DNA from: Eledone cirrhosa
Lineage: Eukaryota
Direction: 5' to 3'
Assembly: GCA_964016885.1 (NCBI GenBank)
Contig: OZ024741.1
Coordinates: 205,778,001-205,842,000 of the forward strand
Length of the DNA: 64,000 bases
The notes beneath the pieces were generated by a model. The model ran no database searches and had not been told where the DNA came from. It saw nothing but the letters and a program-made list of their open reading frames with translations. How positions within the stretch are numbered: position 1 is the stretch's first letter; every line of letters begins with the position of its first letter. Both the position numbers and the translations under genes were made by a program. Below are positions 26,411 to 39,882 of this stretch, one piece after another.

Positions 26411-27242
26411 ACACACATTTATATATATATATATGGGCCTTCCAGTTTCATTTCACATTATATACATGTCTGTGTATATTTTAACTATTTAAAAATTATT
26501 TTTAAGTGAACATGAAAAAAATATATTTTGAAGTGAACGTGACCCAACAGGTCACGGGTGCTCTAGTTTAATTATAAATCTTCCATCATAATTCTATGTA
26601 AGAACATTTGTTTAGTTATGTTACAAACATTTGCTTAATAATGAGCAAATTAGTTATAACACTAAATCCCTCTAAATTCTTGATTATTTTCAAAATGATT
26701 TGAAAATCGTAGACAGGGATTTTCATGAGAAATATGGTAACCAAAGGGTTAAAATGTTTGTCGTAATTTTATGTGTGAACTTAACTAGATATAACAATTC
26801 TGCTGACTTGAATGAAAGACCGAAGTAAACAAGCTGTTGCCTATATTTTCTTGATTACAGGTAATGAATTATTCCAATTGGAGCAGATGTAGTGATATTT
26901 GAAAATCAATCAATTATTTTTGACAGTGAGAACCTTGTTGGAAGAGTGTGTAGCTGATGTAAGCTAACATTTACCATGATTCGTTCAACTTCAAAATCAA
27001 TTGAATCTATCTAGTATGTGAAAATGTCAACTACGTTGATAGAATTGTACAGATAAATTAATACTAATGTGTAAAGGAAGCTTCCTGATAGAGATGTCAA
27101 TATCATTAATATCAAGATAATTTTAAAGGATTTTAATTTAATACACTATTCACAAGAACTCAATCATAACCAATTTGATCGTTATTGGAAGTATTGCGTT
27201 TTGCTGTTTGAACTCTTTACACTCATTCAGTTCAATCAAAGA

Positions 27243-27905
27243 TGGAGGATTGGCAGAGTCGTTAGAGCGTCGGATAACTGTTTTGCTATATTTCTTATGG
27301 TTCTTTATGTTGTGACTTCAAATCCTGCCCAATTAAACTTTGCCTTTTATCTTTTCAGGGACCAATAAAATATAGTATCGGTAAAGTTCTGGAATCGATT
27401 TAATCAACTCCCCCCCCCCCCAAAAAAAAAATTACTGACCTTGTACCTAGATTAGAAATTATTAAAAGCAGTGAATTGGCAGTATTGGTAGAGCGTCGGA
27501 CAAAATGCTTTGCAAAATATTGTTACAACCCTTTATTTTCTGAGTTTCCCAAATTACCTTAAGCCAGGAATAACTATTAATTGAGGTAGGACATCACAAA
27601 ATTTCTCATATTCCACTGTTTTCTAACATACTATTTGGCGATCTGCTATATTTCTTTTTGAATGGCGAATTGGCAGAATCATTAGAGCACTGGATAGAAT
27701 ATTTTGTGGTATTTATTCCGGCTCTCTGTATTCTGAGTTCAAATCTTATCGGAGTCAACATAAAGTTTCATCTATTCGGGCTCGATAAAATAAAGTATAA
27801 GTCCATGGTGGTGGGCTAGCAGATTTGTTAGAGCGCTCGATGAGATACCTTGTAGTATCTGTTTTGGCACTTTGCATTCTGAGTTCAAATTCCACCTAGG
27901 AATTC
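27243..27905 (+). mobile_element. Cluster of about 4 degenerate tRNA-head SINEs (Deu/Nin-domain type)
   Basis: Repeated ATTGGCAG...TTAGAGC...CTGAGTTCAAAT heads and a TTGCCTTT.ATC.TT.GGGG.CGATAAAATA core. Confidence 0.7.
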
Positions 27906-28604
27906 AAATACCATCAATGGCCAAAGATAATCACCCGACAACAGGATCATAAATGATATATAATAAGTACAACAGACTAACCTTATTGTAGCACTGGCAC
28001 CACTAAATACGGTTGGATTTTAAATTGAGAGTGTGGTGCTATAACTGCTGAAACTGCTCACCTAAAAATAAAAATATATATATATATATTCTGCATGCGA
28101 CTGTTCTGGGGTCTGGTGGCTACTGATGGTAGTGATCTCTGCATCTGCAAGTAGCTTCTGTGAAATCCAAGACATGTTTGATTCGATATTCAACAGGTTT
28201 TTCTTTTGCTTGGTCAACACTTCCTCTGTGACTGTCGACATTCAAAAGCAATGAGTACTGCCCTGGATCAGATTAAGTCTGTAAGCTTGTGGCTGGCGAC
28301 CATCTACGACAAACTTACCTCCAATAAAACCACATCATGTATCCACGCTCAAATCAGATAATTTCCTTTACATCTAAGAATGTCTTAAAAACATTAAAAC
28401 TATCTAAATGCACTGGTTCAAAGCTGTTAAATGACATATAAGGCGCGACTGCGTCAATCGAAAGGAATGAAGATGAGGCCTAATCTGAGCCTAAAAAGCA
28501 TAAGTAGATGTAGAACGTCACTTCCAGTAATTACGAATAGGAGTGGCATATTGGAAAGAAACAAACCAGTCACCTCACTTTAGAGCAGTCTTTGGTAAAC
28601 TGCA

Positions 28605-29133
28605 GCCTGTCTTATGATGAGGCATATCTCATGGGGCCTGTCTTAAGATGAGCCATATTTCATGTGGCCTATCTTGTGGTGAGCCATATCTCATGTGGCC
28701 TGTCTTACAATGAGCTATATCTCATCGGGCCTGTCTTATGATGAGCTATATCTCATGTGGCCTGTCTTATGACGAGCTATATCTCATGTGGCTTTCTTAT
28801 GATGAGTCGTATCTCATGTGGCCTGTCTTATGATAAGCTATATATTTCATGTAGTGTGTCTTACGATGAGCTATATCTCATGTGACCTGTCTTATGATGA
28901 GCTATATCTCATGTGGCCTGTCTTATAATGAGCTATATTTCATGTAGTGTGTCTTACATGAGCTATATCTCATGTGACCTGTCTTATGATGAGCCATATC
29001 TCATGTGGCTTTCTTATGATGAGTCATATTTCATGTTGCCTGTCTTGTGATGGGCCACACCTCATGTGGCTTTCTTATGATGAGTCATATTTCATGTTGC
29101 CTGTCTTGTGATGGGCCACACCTCATGTGGCTG
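28605..29133. repeat. Minisatellite, about 17 copies of a 31-bp unit (ATGAGCTATATCTCATGTGGCCTGTCTTATG)
   Basis: Period measured from 28741 to 28772. No unique spacers. Confidence 0.9.
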
Positions 29134-29569
29134 ATTCACTTGAAAATCGTTGCCTTTGTCTGCTTTCAAGTAATGTGTGAAACATTTTTAACATTAACAT
29201 TATATTACTATTTTTAATAGTTTTAACTTTTCATTAATACAATTTACTTCCCCCTTAGTAACTTAAAAAATACGAAACATGTTAAAATCATTTTTTAGCC
29301 TAGATCTTATTTCAGTCTCATGTGGAGTTAAGGGACTGAGAGCACAAGATTGGTTAAGATGTCAGCCTGACCCAAGGTTAGCCCACCCCCTCCAGCTGTT
29401 ACTGGGATTGGAACCTCAGCTGGCTAGATGGGAGCAACATGAAATGTAGTGGCTTGTTTAAGAACATAATGCACCACCCCATATGGGGACCAAACCCACA
29501 ACCTAATGTTTATGAAACCAGCATCTTAGCTACAAGACAGCAAAGTAAAGTTTAAGAAATTTACTTTCC

Positions 29570-29783
29570 TTAACCCTTTAATGTTCAAACTGGCCAAAAC
29601 CGGCCAGAATTCTCTACCTCTTTCTGTTGAAACTGGCTGTAACTGGTCACTCAAACTGATGTTAGGTATTGTTCTCAAAATAAATACTTTCAAAATCTCA
29701 TAGATTCGATATTATGTGAGGTAAAGCCTTTACCATGAAAATATAATAATATATATAGAGTAATGTGAATGTTAAAGGGTTAA
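29570..29783. mobile_element. piggyBac-type MITE (TTAA-CCCTTT...AAAGGG-TTAA)
   Basis: TTAA duplications and CCCTTT termini. A related copy lies at 35976-36194. Confidence 0.7.
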
Positions 29784-30539
29784 CTTACTAAAGGAAGAGA
29801 AATTTTCCTAATTTACTTTCCTTTAAGAAAATTGAGGAAACCTAATTTAAATTTTCTTTCTAAAATACTATGGAAATTTAAGAAGTAAATTTTCTAACCT
29901 ATTAAGGGAACTAATTAGTCAATGAAATTTAAACCGTATGAATTATCAAAGCACTTGGGAGTATTTGGAATTTAAAAATTTTGAAATGTGAGTGTCTCAA
30001 ATGCAGAAAATGATTGCAATAATAGTTGATAAAAGTGGGTGAATTTCCCCTAGCAACAGAATAAGTAGAAGTAGCTGTCTAGAAGTAAGTGAAGATTATA
30101 GCTCTAGAATACCTTTATCCTATTTTCTCAAATATCTAGTGAGATAAAAGGCTAACAGAAGAAAACCAACCAGAGATAGGAACAAAAACGAGAGAGAGAG
30201 AGGGGTGAACAGTTACATGATAGTTGATAGCAACTAGATTGAATAAAAAGTGTATGAGGAGTGACGTGGTAGGGTATAGAGAGAATGATAGGTGATGGGA
30301 GATGGAGGGATATAAGGTGATGGAAGAGAGAGAGAGAGAGAAGGAAGTGAGCATGATGGGAGAAATAGATAACTTTCTTTTTATTTGCCACCAGGGTATC
30401 AACAAGTGGGACAAGTACAATGGGGGGAGTTTACATAAAAAGGCCTCCTCAATAAGGAGGAGGCAATAACAAGATATAAAATAATATATAAAATATAACA
30501 AAAATAAATTTAATAACAAAATCCCCAATAGGGAGGAGG

Positions 30540-33500
30540 CGAAATGATATCGGAAGAAACGGACCAGTTGTTGGCCAGAGAGAAAGGTGTCTGACCTCAG
30601 TCCTTTCAGACGCGTCCACCATACAACCTCTTTCGCCATGGCTATTACGCACAGAAACACCGCCTCTTCTTCGTTTTTGAAGAGGGGAGGCGGCTTGATC
30701 GTTACAATAGACTCGGTGGTCAACCGGATCGGTCCCACCCTTGACAGCAGTTGTTCGACATAACCCCACAGATCGGCAATACCCGTAGTGTACCAATGCG
30801 TGTGCAACGGTTTCCTCGTCGCACACGTATCTGGGACAGATCTTTTTCGAAGGGTCCCTACCCGGGCGCCCGTGTCTGTAGAGCCTTTCTCGAATGGGCA
30901 GAGCCCCTCGGTAGCACTGCCAGGCCAGGGACCTCTGGAAGTTATCCATGGGTCCCGAGCTGAATGTCCTACCGAACAGGTTGGCCAGTTCGTCTTCCTC
31001 TATGCCTAGGGCTTCTCCGAGGCCGTCGTCGCACCTGCTAACATCCAGCCCTCTATAGAATGACGAGGTGGATTCTCCACTGACAGCCGGGTCCGCCTGC
31101 CAGAGAGCCGTAAGCGCCTGGTCACACTCGGTGTGCCAGGCGCCCAGTTTTCTCGGTCTTTGCTTGACCCAGGATTGCAGCTCGGTGAGCGAGACGAGTC
31201 TGGGAAAGGCTCGCCTCACAAACGGGGCCCACACCGGTTGACCGGTGAGGAATACCTGGAGGTGCCGTAGCATTAATGCGTGTTTACGTATCATTAGCCA
31301 CGGCATCCCCAGCCCTCCTTTCGAAGGGTGTTGACAGCAGATGGATCTCCTCACCATAGGAGCCCGCTTCTTCCAAAGGAATTGGAAGAGTGCGCGCTCC
31401 ATTTTGGCGAGCGTTTCCATTGGGCAAGGCACGACGGTCATGCGGTAGTAGATGACGGACGCTATATAAGTGTTCGCCACCTCCGCCCGACCTTTCAGGG
31501 ACAGTTTGCACTCGGCCCACTTCTGGGTCAGAAAAACACCCTGTTCGTTACCTCACCCCAGTTCTTCTCCACCTGGAGGTCTGGTCCGAACCAGACCCCG
31601 AGCAACTTCACCGGGCCCTCCGACGACGCCATCGGAGGGCATCGATCTGCCCCTCCACGTGCCGAGTTGCAGACCGATCGACTTGTCCCGGTTCAGCTTA
31701 GCCCCTGTAAACCTTTCGTACTCCTCCAGTAAGGTGCCGATCGCCCCGATTTCCGAGGCTGTTGACACCATTACTGTTACGTCATCGGCGTAGGCCGAGA
31801 CCGCTTTCCGCAATCCCGGTTCCGACGGGATGCCCTGCAACAACTCCAGCTTCCGCAGCAGTGACTCTAGAGTCATTACATACAGAAGGGAGGAGAGAGG
31901 GCACCCTTGTCGGATGGACCGCGCGATTTCGAACGGCTCCGAGAGGTAGCCGTTCACCTTGACCCTAGAGCAGATGCGGCTACTGTGCATGGCAGTGATC
32001 CAGCCCCTGAAAACGAGTCCGAAGCCTGCCGCCGCTAGCACCGCATCCAGGTAACCATGGTCGACCCTATCGAACGCCTTAGATTTATCCAAGTTGTCGT
32101 GGATGGACCTGGACGGGATAGCACATGTCTGCGCATCTCCCACCAGGTTGCCCACGACAAGCGCCAACCTCTTTGCTAGCACCTTGGCCAAAATCTGTAA
32201 CTCTGTATTTAGCAGAGTTATGGGCCTGAAATTATTTATATCGTCCCCCTTGTTCTCGTCCTTCCTCACTAGTGTGACTACACCCTTGGTCACAGCACAG
32301 GGAATTCTCCCGTTCTGTTGCCAGTTGCAGTAGACCGCCTCGAGGAGATCGGGGAACAAGTCCGGCATAGCTAGATATAGTTCGTATAGAAGACCATCGA
32401 GACCCGGGGATTTGCGTTTGCCGCATTGGCTCAGCACGTCCTCTATCTCAGCGGCTGAAATCGGCTCCTCGCAGGACTTCGCCTCCCTGTCCGAGAGACG
32501 CGGCAGCCCGTCGAGGTATGGACCGAAGTCCACTTCCCCAACCGGTCCTCCGCCCTTTCCGAACAATCTGGCAAAGTGCTTTTGAAAAGCCTCGCACATC
32601 TGCTTAGGTTCAAGGATCACCCGTCCATCCTGGTCTCGCAAAGACCGGATAGTGGATCTACTCCCTCTTTTGGCTTCTGTCACGCGGGCCCAGCTAACAG
32701 CTTTGGTCCCCTCGTTTCCCAGAGCACGTATTTTGCTTCGGATGATGCAGCCTTCGTGTTTCGCGTCGAAGAACTGACCCAGGGCCGTTCTCGACGCTAG
32801 CACTCTGGCTACGTCGCCGCTTCTAATTGCCTCTTCTACACTATCTACCAACTCCCTTTCCTTCCTGTTTCTATTTGAGGCTAACTCCTTACTAAATTCT
32901 ATAGAGACTACTCTAATCTCTCTTTTGAGAGATCCCCAACACCTGCTGTTGACGATGGCGCCCATCAACCGCTCCTTAACTAAAGTGTTAATCCGGTCCC
33001 TGTAAGCTTTACTTGCCGGTAAGAACAAGTTGAGCTTCCAGTAACCGGCTCCCTGTCTATGCGTTCTGTCAAGGTTGACCATGCAGGTCACTAATTTGTG
33101 GTCTGAATAGCCAACCATGAGCATTTTTGGACAACTTAAAAAGTCCTTATCCTTATTTCTAACTAAGAACCTATCTAGGTACGACCTAAATGATCCGCTG
33201 TGGTTTGCCCAAGTCCAGGTTGGCGCAGTCGGAAAATCTAGTCGATATCTATCGGCCAGGTCGAATCGACCGATTAACCCTTTGAGGCTGTTACACCCCT
33301 CTCTATCGGGACAGGCCCCTACGTAGTCCCAACGTGCATCTAGGATACCATTCCAGTCCCCCACTAATAGCAAGGAGCTGGACGTCCCTAAAAAGTCTCC
33401 AGACGAAGTCCGGCCGCGTTGACCTGAAAGGGCCGTAGACGGCTACCAGCCTAAACGCTCCGCCTTCACCACTGCCAAGGTCCAGAACCACTAGTCGACC

Positions 33501-33770
33501 CTCCGGGTCCAAATGTACTGTCTGTGTTGCGAGACCCAGATGTTTTTGCAGCAGAACGACAACCCCACCCCCACCTCCGGGCTGACAGAGAGATGCGTGC
33601 ATCTCAAAGTCATCAAAGGTGGGGGCCAGCTGTCGCACGTTGCTGATCCGGGCCTCGCAAATAACCATCACATCTATACGTTGTGACCTGAGGTCATTTA
33701 GAAGCATTGCTTGCTTTCAAGTTGAGCCCAGGCCACGCGCATTTAGACAGCCTACTCTTAGCATAGCCAT
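30540..33770 (-). pseudogene. Tx1 ORF2 (AP endonuclease, RT, C-terminal cysteine region) with stops and frameshifts
   Basis: Starts MAMLRVGCLNARGL at 33770. Motifs VAVYGP, VGDWN, SYLDRF, SDHK, KSPGLDG, NFRPITLLN, KAFDRV, IRQGCPLS, YADD and GGLGMP. Confidence 0.9.
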
Positions 33771-33794
33771 GTTGGTGGTGAAGAGAAAAGGCAC

Positions 33795-35528
33795 TTACCT
33801 CTCTGCGTCCCGGGTATCAGGCTGCACGATTTCCATGAGGGTGGGGGATGGGTTGTTGGGTGGAGTGGTGGTTTGTAGAAGTGTAGGGGCATCAGTGTGT
33901 TGTGTGGTTGGGGTGTTTGGAGTTGTGTGGGTGTTTGAGGAGGGGGTGGGGAAGTTTTTTAGGAGGACGCGGTTAATGGGCCCGACGCAGGGGGGGGGGA
34001 CGTCCTCTTTAAAGTTGTTTTTTAGTGTTTTATATGTGTCCTCTGGGGCCTTAATCATTTTGAGGTGGGGGAAATCCCCTGCCTGGGTGAAGTTAGGCCC
34101 TTGGGTTTTTACTAAATTGTTGTTGTACACAATTTTTAGCAGTTTTTTTATTTCTTGTGTTTATGTATGTGTATGCATGTTTTTGTTTTTGTGTGGTGTT
34201 TTTTGTTTGCTGTTGTGAGCTCTTTTGTGTTGGTGTCTGTGTTATGTTTTGGGGAGGGGTTGTTTTCATTTGTGTGTCTGAGGTGTATTTTCTTTTTTTT
34301 TCTTTTGATTGTGTGGAAGTGCTCCTCCTCGTCTGACGACGAACGAGGGTCATCTTCCGCGTTGGAGGGGAGGGGTAGATTTTAGGGTTGTGTTTGCGGT
34401 GCAAGTGTTTTGGAAATTGTTTTATTTTGAGTGAGGGGGGGGGGCAGTGTTTTGTTTTGGTTTGAGCTGTGGTTGTTGTTTTTGTAGTGGTGGTTGTTGT
34501 TTTTGTAGTGGTAGTTGTGCAGTTGTTGGTGGTGTAGGCAGGATTGGGGTTTTCTTTTTAAGTTGAGGACAGACAGCCCTCAGGTGACCTCTGGCTCCAC
34601 AGAGGTAACACGAGGGCTGCCTACCCTCAACGGTAATGTTGATAAAAGTTTGTTCATCCAGTATGACGCGTTCAGGGATCTGGGCGATCCTTTCGGGCCT
34701 CATTTGAACTACAAGTTCGAGGCTCGTTCCACTGAACGCGTCACCCGATGCCTTTCCCATGGATATTAGTGTGTCATCGTCTAGGTCCAGGAAACCTGTC
34801 AATACCCACCATATGTCCATAATCGGAAGGAAGGTGTGAATTTTTATTTTTTGTGTTCTTCTACCCATGTACGTAGGGTAGAAGGTGTATGCGGTGGATG
34901 TGATTGGTTTTATTGACAGTTTCGCTGCTGTGTCCCTGTCCTTCATGAGAATGGATAGACTCCCGTAGAGACTATCCTTCTGAATGAATATGATGTCTTT
35001 CATGACATCTTTTAAAACTAGCTCTATCGCACTCTGTGATGGTTGAGCTGGTTTTTTGCTTTTGTTTGAGCCTATCCTAAACATGACAGTGTTTAGGAGT
35101 CTCTGGCTTTTTAGTTCCGAGGGTGAGTGGATCGAAAATGATCCATTTTCCCCGTACACTATGTATTTTTTGGCATCTACCAGTAGCTCCTTCGCTTTGC
35201 TTATATCTACTGGCAGATAGTCGAGGGTTTTCCTTGCCGTCTGGGCGAAGGAGACGTTTTCCTTGTTTGTGTTGCTGTTGTAGTTGGTGGTGTTGTTGTT
35301 ATCATTGTTGTTTTTGTTGTCTTTATTGTTGCTGTTGTTGTTGTTTTCGGTTTCTTGTGTCGTTGTGGCTACACCAAGTTGTCGGTCAGCAGGTGGAGAA
35401 AGTTCTACCTCTGGCTGACCTCTGCCTTTGGCATCTGCTGCTGTGCCAGTGGCAGGGGGAAGCTGTGAGTTTAGCTTCCCTTTTCTTTCTTTGAATGTTG
35501 GTGAAGCTGCTTCAGCCATTGTTATCAA
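33795..35528 (-). pseudogene. Tx1 ORF1 (gag-like, CCHC knuckle), disrupted in its 3' low-complexity part
   Basis: ORF 34422..35528 contains GRQPSCYLCGARGHLRAVCP. It continues in broken frames to a stop about 25 nt before the ORF2 ATG. Confidence 0.75.
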
Positions 35529-36520
35529 AGAAGGACATTTTTCGAAAGATAATATTTTTTTTTTTTCAACACAATTTCGCCTAAAGGCGTAGAATAATTT
35601 GATTGACTGACCAGATCAAAATTTGACCTGGCAGTCCCTCTACAAAATGGTACAAAAATGAAGGTTTACAGTCAAGAATTTCTATAGAAATTTAAGCAGA
35701 ACTTACTCAGCAAGTTCATCCTTTAAAAATCAATTCCACTGTTCCATATCTTCCTTGGCCCCGGCTCTATTCATTTGGAATACTCAGCATTTTTTAAAAT
35801 ACAAACAACATTCTGCATAGGTATCGCTTGCTTGTACCAGCAGTGTCTTCTGTTGTACATTGCACCTAATTCCTCTTGTACTCATCTCATTTTTTCTCTC
35901 AGTTTCTACTAATATTGTACTTCTAGGGGAGCATGTTTGCCATATTTCTTTCCAGCTTTTGCAAATCTCAAGCATTTAACCCTTTAGCATTTACATTACT
36001 CTATATTTACTACTAGATTTTCATGGTAAAGGTTTTATTTATCCCACATAATATCGAATCTATGAGATTTCAATATTATTTATTTTGAGAACAATACCTT
36101 AAAGTTGCTATGAGGGGCCAGTTATGGCCGGTTTGAACAGAAAGAGGAGAAATAATTCTGGCTTGATATGGCTGGTTTAAATGCTAAAGGGTAAGGCTCG
36201 TTTTTTGCAACTACACAGCATTACACATCATACAATCTGCCATTCATTCTGAAAGATAAACCCTCTGTCAGGAACAGAGGTAAGATTCCACCCAGTTCTT
36301 AGACTGGTAACTAATTTTTTGATAAATGTACTTCCACTTCTAATTAGGTCACATCAGTAACATTTTTATGTTGACTTTTTTATGCTGGCATGGGTTGGAC
36401 AGGATTTTTTGAGGCATTGTTTCACAAGCAGAAGCCCTTCCTGATACTATCCCCTTTAGTCATTTCTAACAGGGTTATCCTGTACTTATTCTAATCCTTA
36501 TATATATATATGCATTAGAT

Positions 36521-36964
36521 CAGAGGTTATCAAACTTTTTTGACCAATGCCCCACCCACACGGCCATACTCTCAGTGTGCCCCCAACCCTACTTCCAGAG
36601 AGACCTGCCTACACACAAATTGTAAATAATATGTAATAAATAAAATTGTTAATTTATATATAATAAGATAATTGTTTCTACTTTAGGCACAAGGCCAGCA
36701 ATTACCCAGTGCATTACTGGTACTTTATTTTATCGACCCCGTAAGAATGAAAGGCAGTCAACTTCGGCGGGATTTGAACTCAGATATACTATGTATAAAT
36801 AAATATATATTTTTTATTCTACTATGTTTATATATAATATGTATTATTTGAAATCTAATATACTATTATATCATCTCAGCCTCCACCGCCTCCTTAGGCA
36901 CCAGTGCCTCATTAATCTTCTCAACACCCCTGGGGAGGGGTAGCGGCCACTTTCAGAACCTCTG
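36521..36964. mobile_element. hAT-type MITE with 8-bp TSD and a nested SINE
   Basis: Termini CAGAGGTT...AACCTCTG are flanked by identical CATTAGAT (36513-36520 and 36965-36972). A minus-strand Deu-type SINE lies at about 36672-36785. Confidence 0.85.
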
Positions 36965-37339
36965 CATTAGATATATTGGGTGGATTGGCAGTATCATTAC
37001 AACATTGAACAAAATGTTTTGCAGTATTTAGTTACAGCTCTTAACATTCTTTATTGGCATTTGCCTTTCTCTTGGACAACATTGGTGATTGGTGACATGG
37101 AGATGGGAGGCTGGCTTGCAAGAGTGACTACTGATCTTCCATAAAAACACCTTGCTTGGGTTTGTGCCTCAGAAGGAAACTTTCTAGATGTAAGCCCCAT
37201 TGTCATTGGTGACCAAAGATCTTTTTTTACACACACACATATATCTACAACAAATAGCCTTGCAATAAAAGCTCAGAAAGCACATTAAAAGTAGTTGATA
37301 GCTTTTGTTATCTAGTTATGTATTTGTGCATATATGCAG

Positions 37340-38270
37340 GGTGCATGTATATGAACAACAATGTTGCATGGCAGTGACACCTGGGTTCTGTGTGCAGAGG
37401 ACCTGTAAAGAATGGAAAGAAATGAAGCCTACATGCTTCGCTGGATATACAATAGCAATATACGTGAATGGCAAAGTATAAATACACTGCGAGAAAAATT
37501 AGGCTTAAGAGGGATTAGTTGTTGCATGCAAGAGAGGAGATTGTGTTGGTATCGACATGTGATGCGTATGAAGGACAGCTGTATAATAATGTGCAGAGCT
37601 CTCAAAGTCGATGGAAACTGTGGTGTGCGCAGACCTAGGAAGACTTGGGATAAGGTAATAAAAGCTGACCTTACACAATTACACCTCTCAAAGACAATAA
37701 CTCAGGACCATGACCTCTGGCACTATGCAGTTTTACGAAAGACCCACCCTTTATTGTTCTTGGGATGAGGCTTATACCTAGTAGGCAACGCCTTCCTCAA
37801 CCTGCTATCCCCTCTCATCCACCTCCCTTAGCGGTAACCATACCTCCCCTACTACCCTGACCACATCCTTTTCTCCCAAGCCATCCACCCTCCCTAATCC
37901 CCAGTGTTGTGTCGGGGGCACAACAAACGTGCCCAGTCCACAACATCCAGCCCACACTGTAAAGTGATCGTGTAAGTGTCATGACAAAAAGTACCCAGCA
38001 AACACTGTAAATGCGGTTGGCATCCGGCTGTAGAAAACCAGCCCACACTGTAAAGTAGACATGTAAAAGACACAGCAAAAAGCTCCCAGCACACACTGTC
38101 TATGTGGTTGGCATTAGGAAAGGCATCTAGCCATAGAAAACCAGCCAGAAAGTCTCCTATATGAGCTAGACACGGTCACCCGACCCAACTTGTCTCTAAT
38201 TGGGACAAACCCATGTAACCCATGCTAACGTGGAAGATAGATGTTAATTGATGATGATGATGATAATGAT
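37340..38270 (+). mobile_element. RTE LINE 3' fragment (older relative of the 54483 and 57914 copies)
   Basis: Peptide ERNEAYMLRW..RRLCWYRHVMRM..RPRKTW and a (GAT)n tail. Other relics lie at about 38820-39200 (-), 42040-42160, 46660-47125 and 62410-63085. Confidence 0.8.
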
Positions 38271-39391
38271 TTACATATCTAGATAACAAAAGCTATCAAC
38301 TACTTCTAACGAGCCTACTGAGCATTTATAGCATTTATTGAAGAGTTATTTGTTGTAGATATTTCATTTAGATATATTAATTCTAGCATCAGTTATAGAT
38401 ATTCCATGTAGTTATATCAACTCTCTCTTTTTGGGGTTGATAAAATAAACTTTCAGTTCAGGGTTATGTATTAGTGGAACTGTTAGAAATTAGATGCCTC
38501 GTGGTATTTGTTTCAGTTTTTTACATTCTTAGTACATAGGTAGCTGACTTAATCAATCATCCTGTTTAACACGACCACTTGGTCCTTCGACATTTTTAGT
38601 AAAATCCACTCTGATGCAAGCATTTGGGATAATTTCTTCCCACCATCAAGAAAAAGAAAAACAACAAAAAATAGGAGGATTAGAGGCACTGCTCTTCTTG
38701 CCCTAATTAATTTATGAAAGAAAATTGCTGCATCTATTATGGATATTTCATTTAACTATCTCAATTGTAGTGCTTATTGTAAATTTTTCATTTAACTACA
38801 TGAATTGTAGCAGATATTGAAGGTGTTTCATTTAATGCTATACAAAATGAAAAAAGTTTTGAACTTGAGTCGGATGAGTCTCACCACTTGTGTTTCTTTG
38901 TCAGGTTCAGCATCCTGAGATCAGCTTTCACCAAATTCTTCCCTGATGTTCTTCTTCCACAACTTCCTTATATTTCCTGGCACTTCTTCACTCAACTATC
39001 ATTATCAATATGTAACATATACATCCATACCACCAGTCTTCTCTCTTGCATACTATGTCTAATGCTTTTTATATCTAGTTTTTCTCTTAACTCACTTGTG
39101 TTTCATTGTTTGTGTATACTAACATTATACATCTAGCAGAGTATGCTTGTTTCATTTCTTTCAGCCCTTTGCATATCTGCTGTACTCAATGCTGAATCTC
39201 ATTACCATGTAACATCACATTACATAGACAAACATCATATAATCTACTTTTCATTTGGAGAAAGAATCCCTTTTACTAGTTTTCAGTCATTGGACTACAG
39301 CAATGCCGAGGCATTATATTCAATGTAGACTTATTATTAAAGAGAAAAGTAAATGATTAAATGAAAATAAAATGTTCAAATCTATAACATA

Positions 39392-39397
39392 TTTATT
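39392..39397 (-). promoter_or_regulatory. AATAAA polyadenylation signal of the HAX1-like gene
   Basis: Lies about 60 nt downstream of the stop codon at 39458 on the minus strand. Confidence 0.6.
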
Positions 39398-39457
39398 AAA
39401 ACAGTATATCTACATAAATATCACAAGTGATTGAAAGAAATTACAAGAACCAGCAAT

Positions 39458-39603
39458 TTAATCTTGCTTGAAACCAAATAAATTTGAAAAATAATTTCTG
39501 ATTGATGAGATTCCATGATTGTAGGGATAATAAACTTGGTCATTCAACTGGTCAGTATCACTTGAGGGACTTCTCAGTGATCTATCAGACTGATCCTCAT
39601 AAG
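39458..39603 (-). CDS. HAX1: HAX1-like protein, terminal coding exon
   Basis: Acceptor TTTCTTTTGTCCTGCAG, phase 1. Encodes (P)YEDQSDRSLRSPSSDTDQLNDQVYYPYNHGISSIRNYFSNLFGFKQD*. Confidence 0.8.
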
Positions 39604-39882
39604 CTGCAGGACAAAAGAAAATGAAATGGTGATATGAAGAAAGGAGCATATATGTTGAAATTAAGATTTAAATATCTTTGGGCTTTTAAATCAAAACTGG
39701 AAAATCTAGTTATATGTGAGAAAAAGAGAGAAATCAGTCAATATGTGTATATATATATATATATATTTATAATTTACTTTATTTCAACATGTAAGCTCAT
39801 CTCTGCCATACTAAATCTTGCGGTCGGGATTTTATTTACACATATCTTTCTCTCTCTCTCTGTCTCTATATCTATCTATCTA

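Larger units (their letters stand above)
30365..35560 (-). mobile_element. Tx1-like (L1 clade) LINE, near full length, inactivated
   Basis: ORF1 followed by ORF2 with APE and RT. The 3' end is CCCTGGTGGCAAATAAAAAGAAAG followed by TTATCTA. Confidence 0.9.

Noticed and set aside
27980-28400. Minus-strand exon-like segments with good splice signals (about 27982-28061 and a donor near 28318)
   Set aside because: All frames contain stops. The neighbourhood looks more like a decayed Tc1-type start (ELSDFERG-like) and I could not build a gene.
28605-29133. CRISPR array
   Set aside because: The palindromic 31-bp units are contiguous with no unique spacers, there are no cas genes, and the context is eukaryotic.
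35690-35975. 63-aa minus-strand ORF with a downstream GTAAGT donor
   Set aside because: In-frame stops occur before the donor, there is no recognisable motif, and no partner exons were found.
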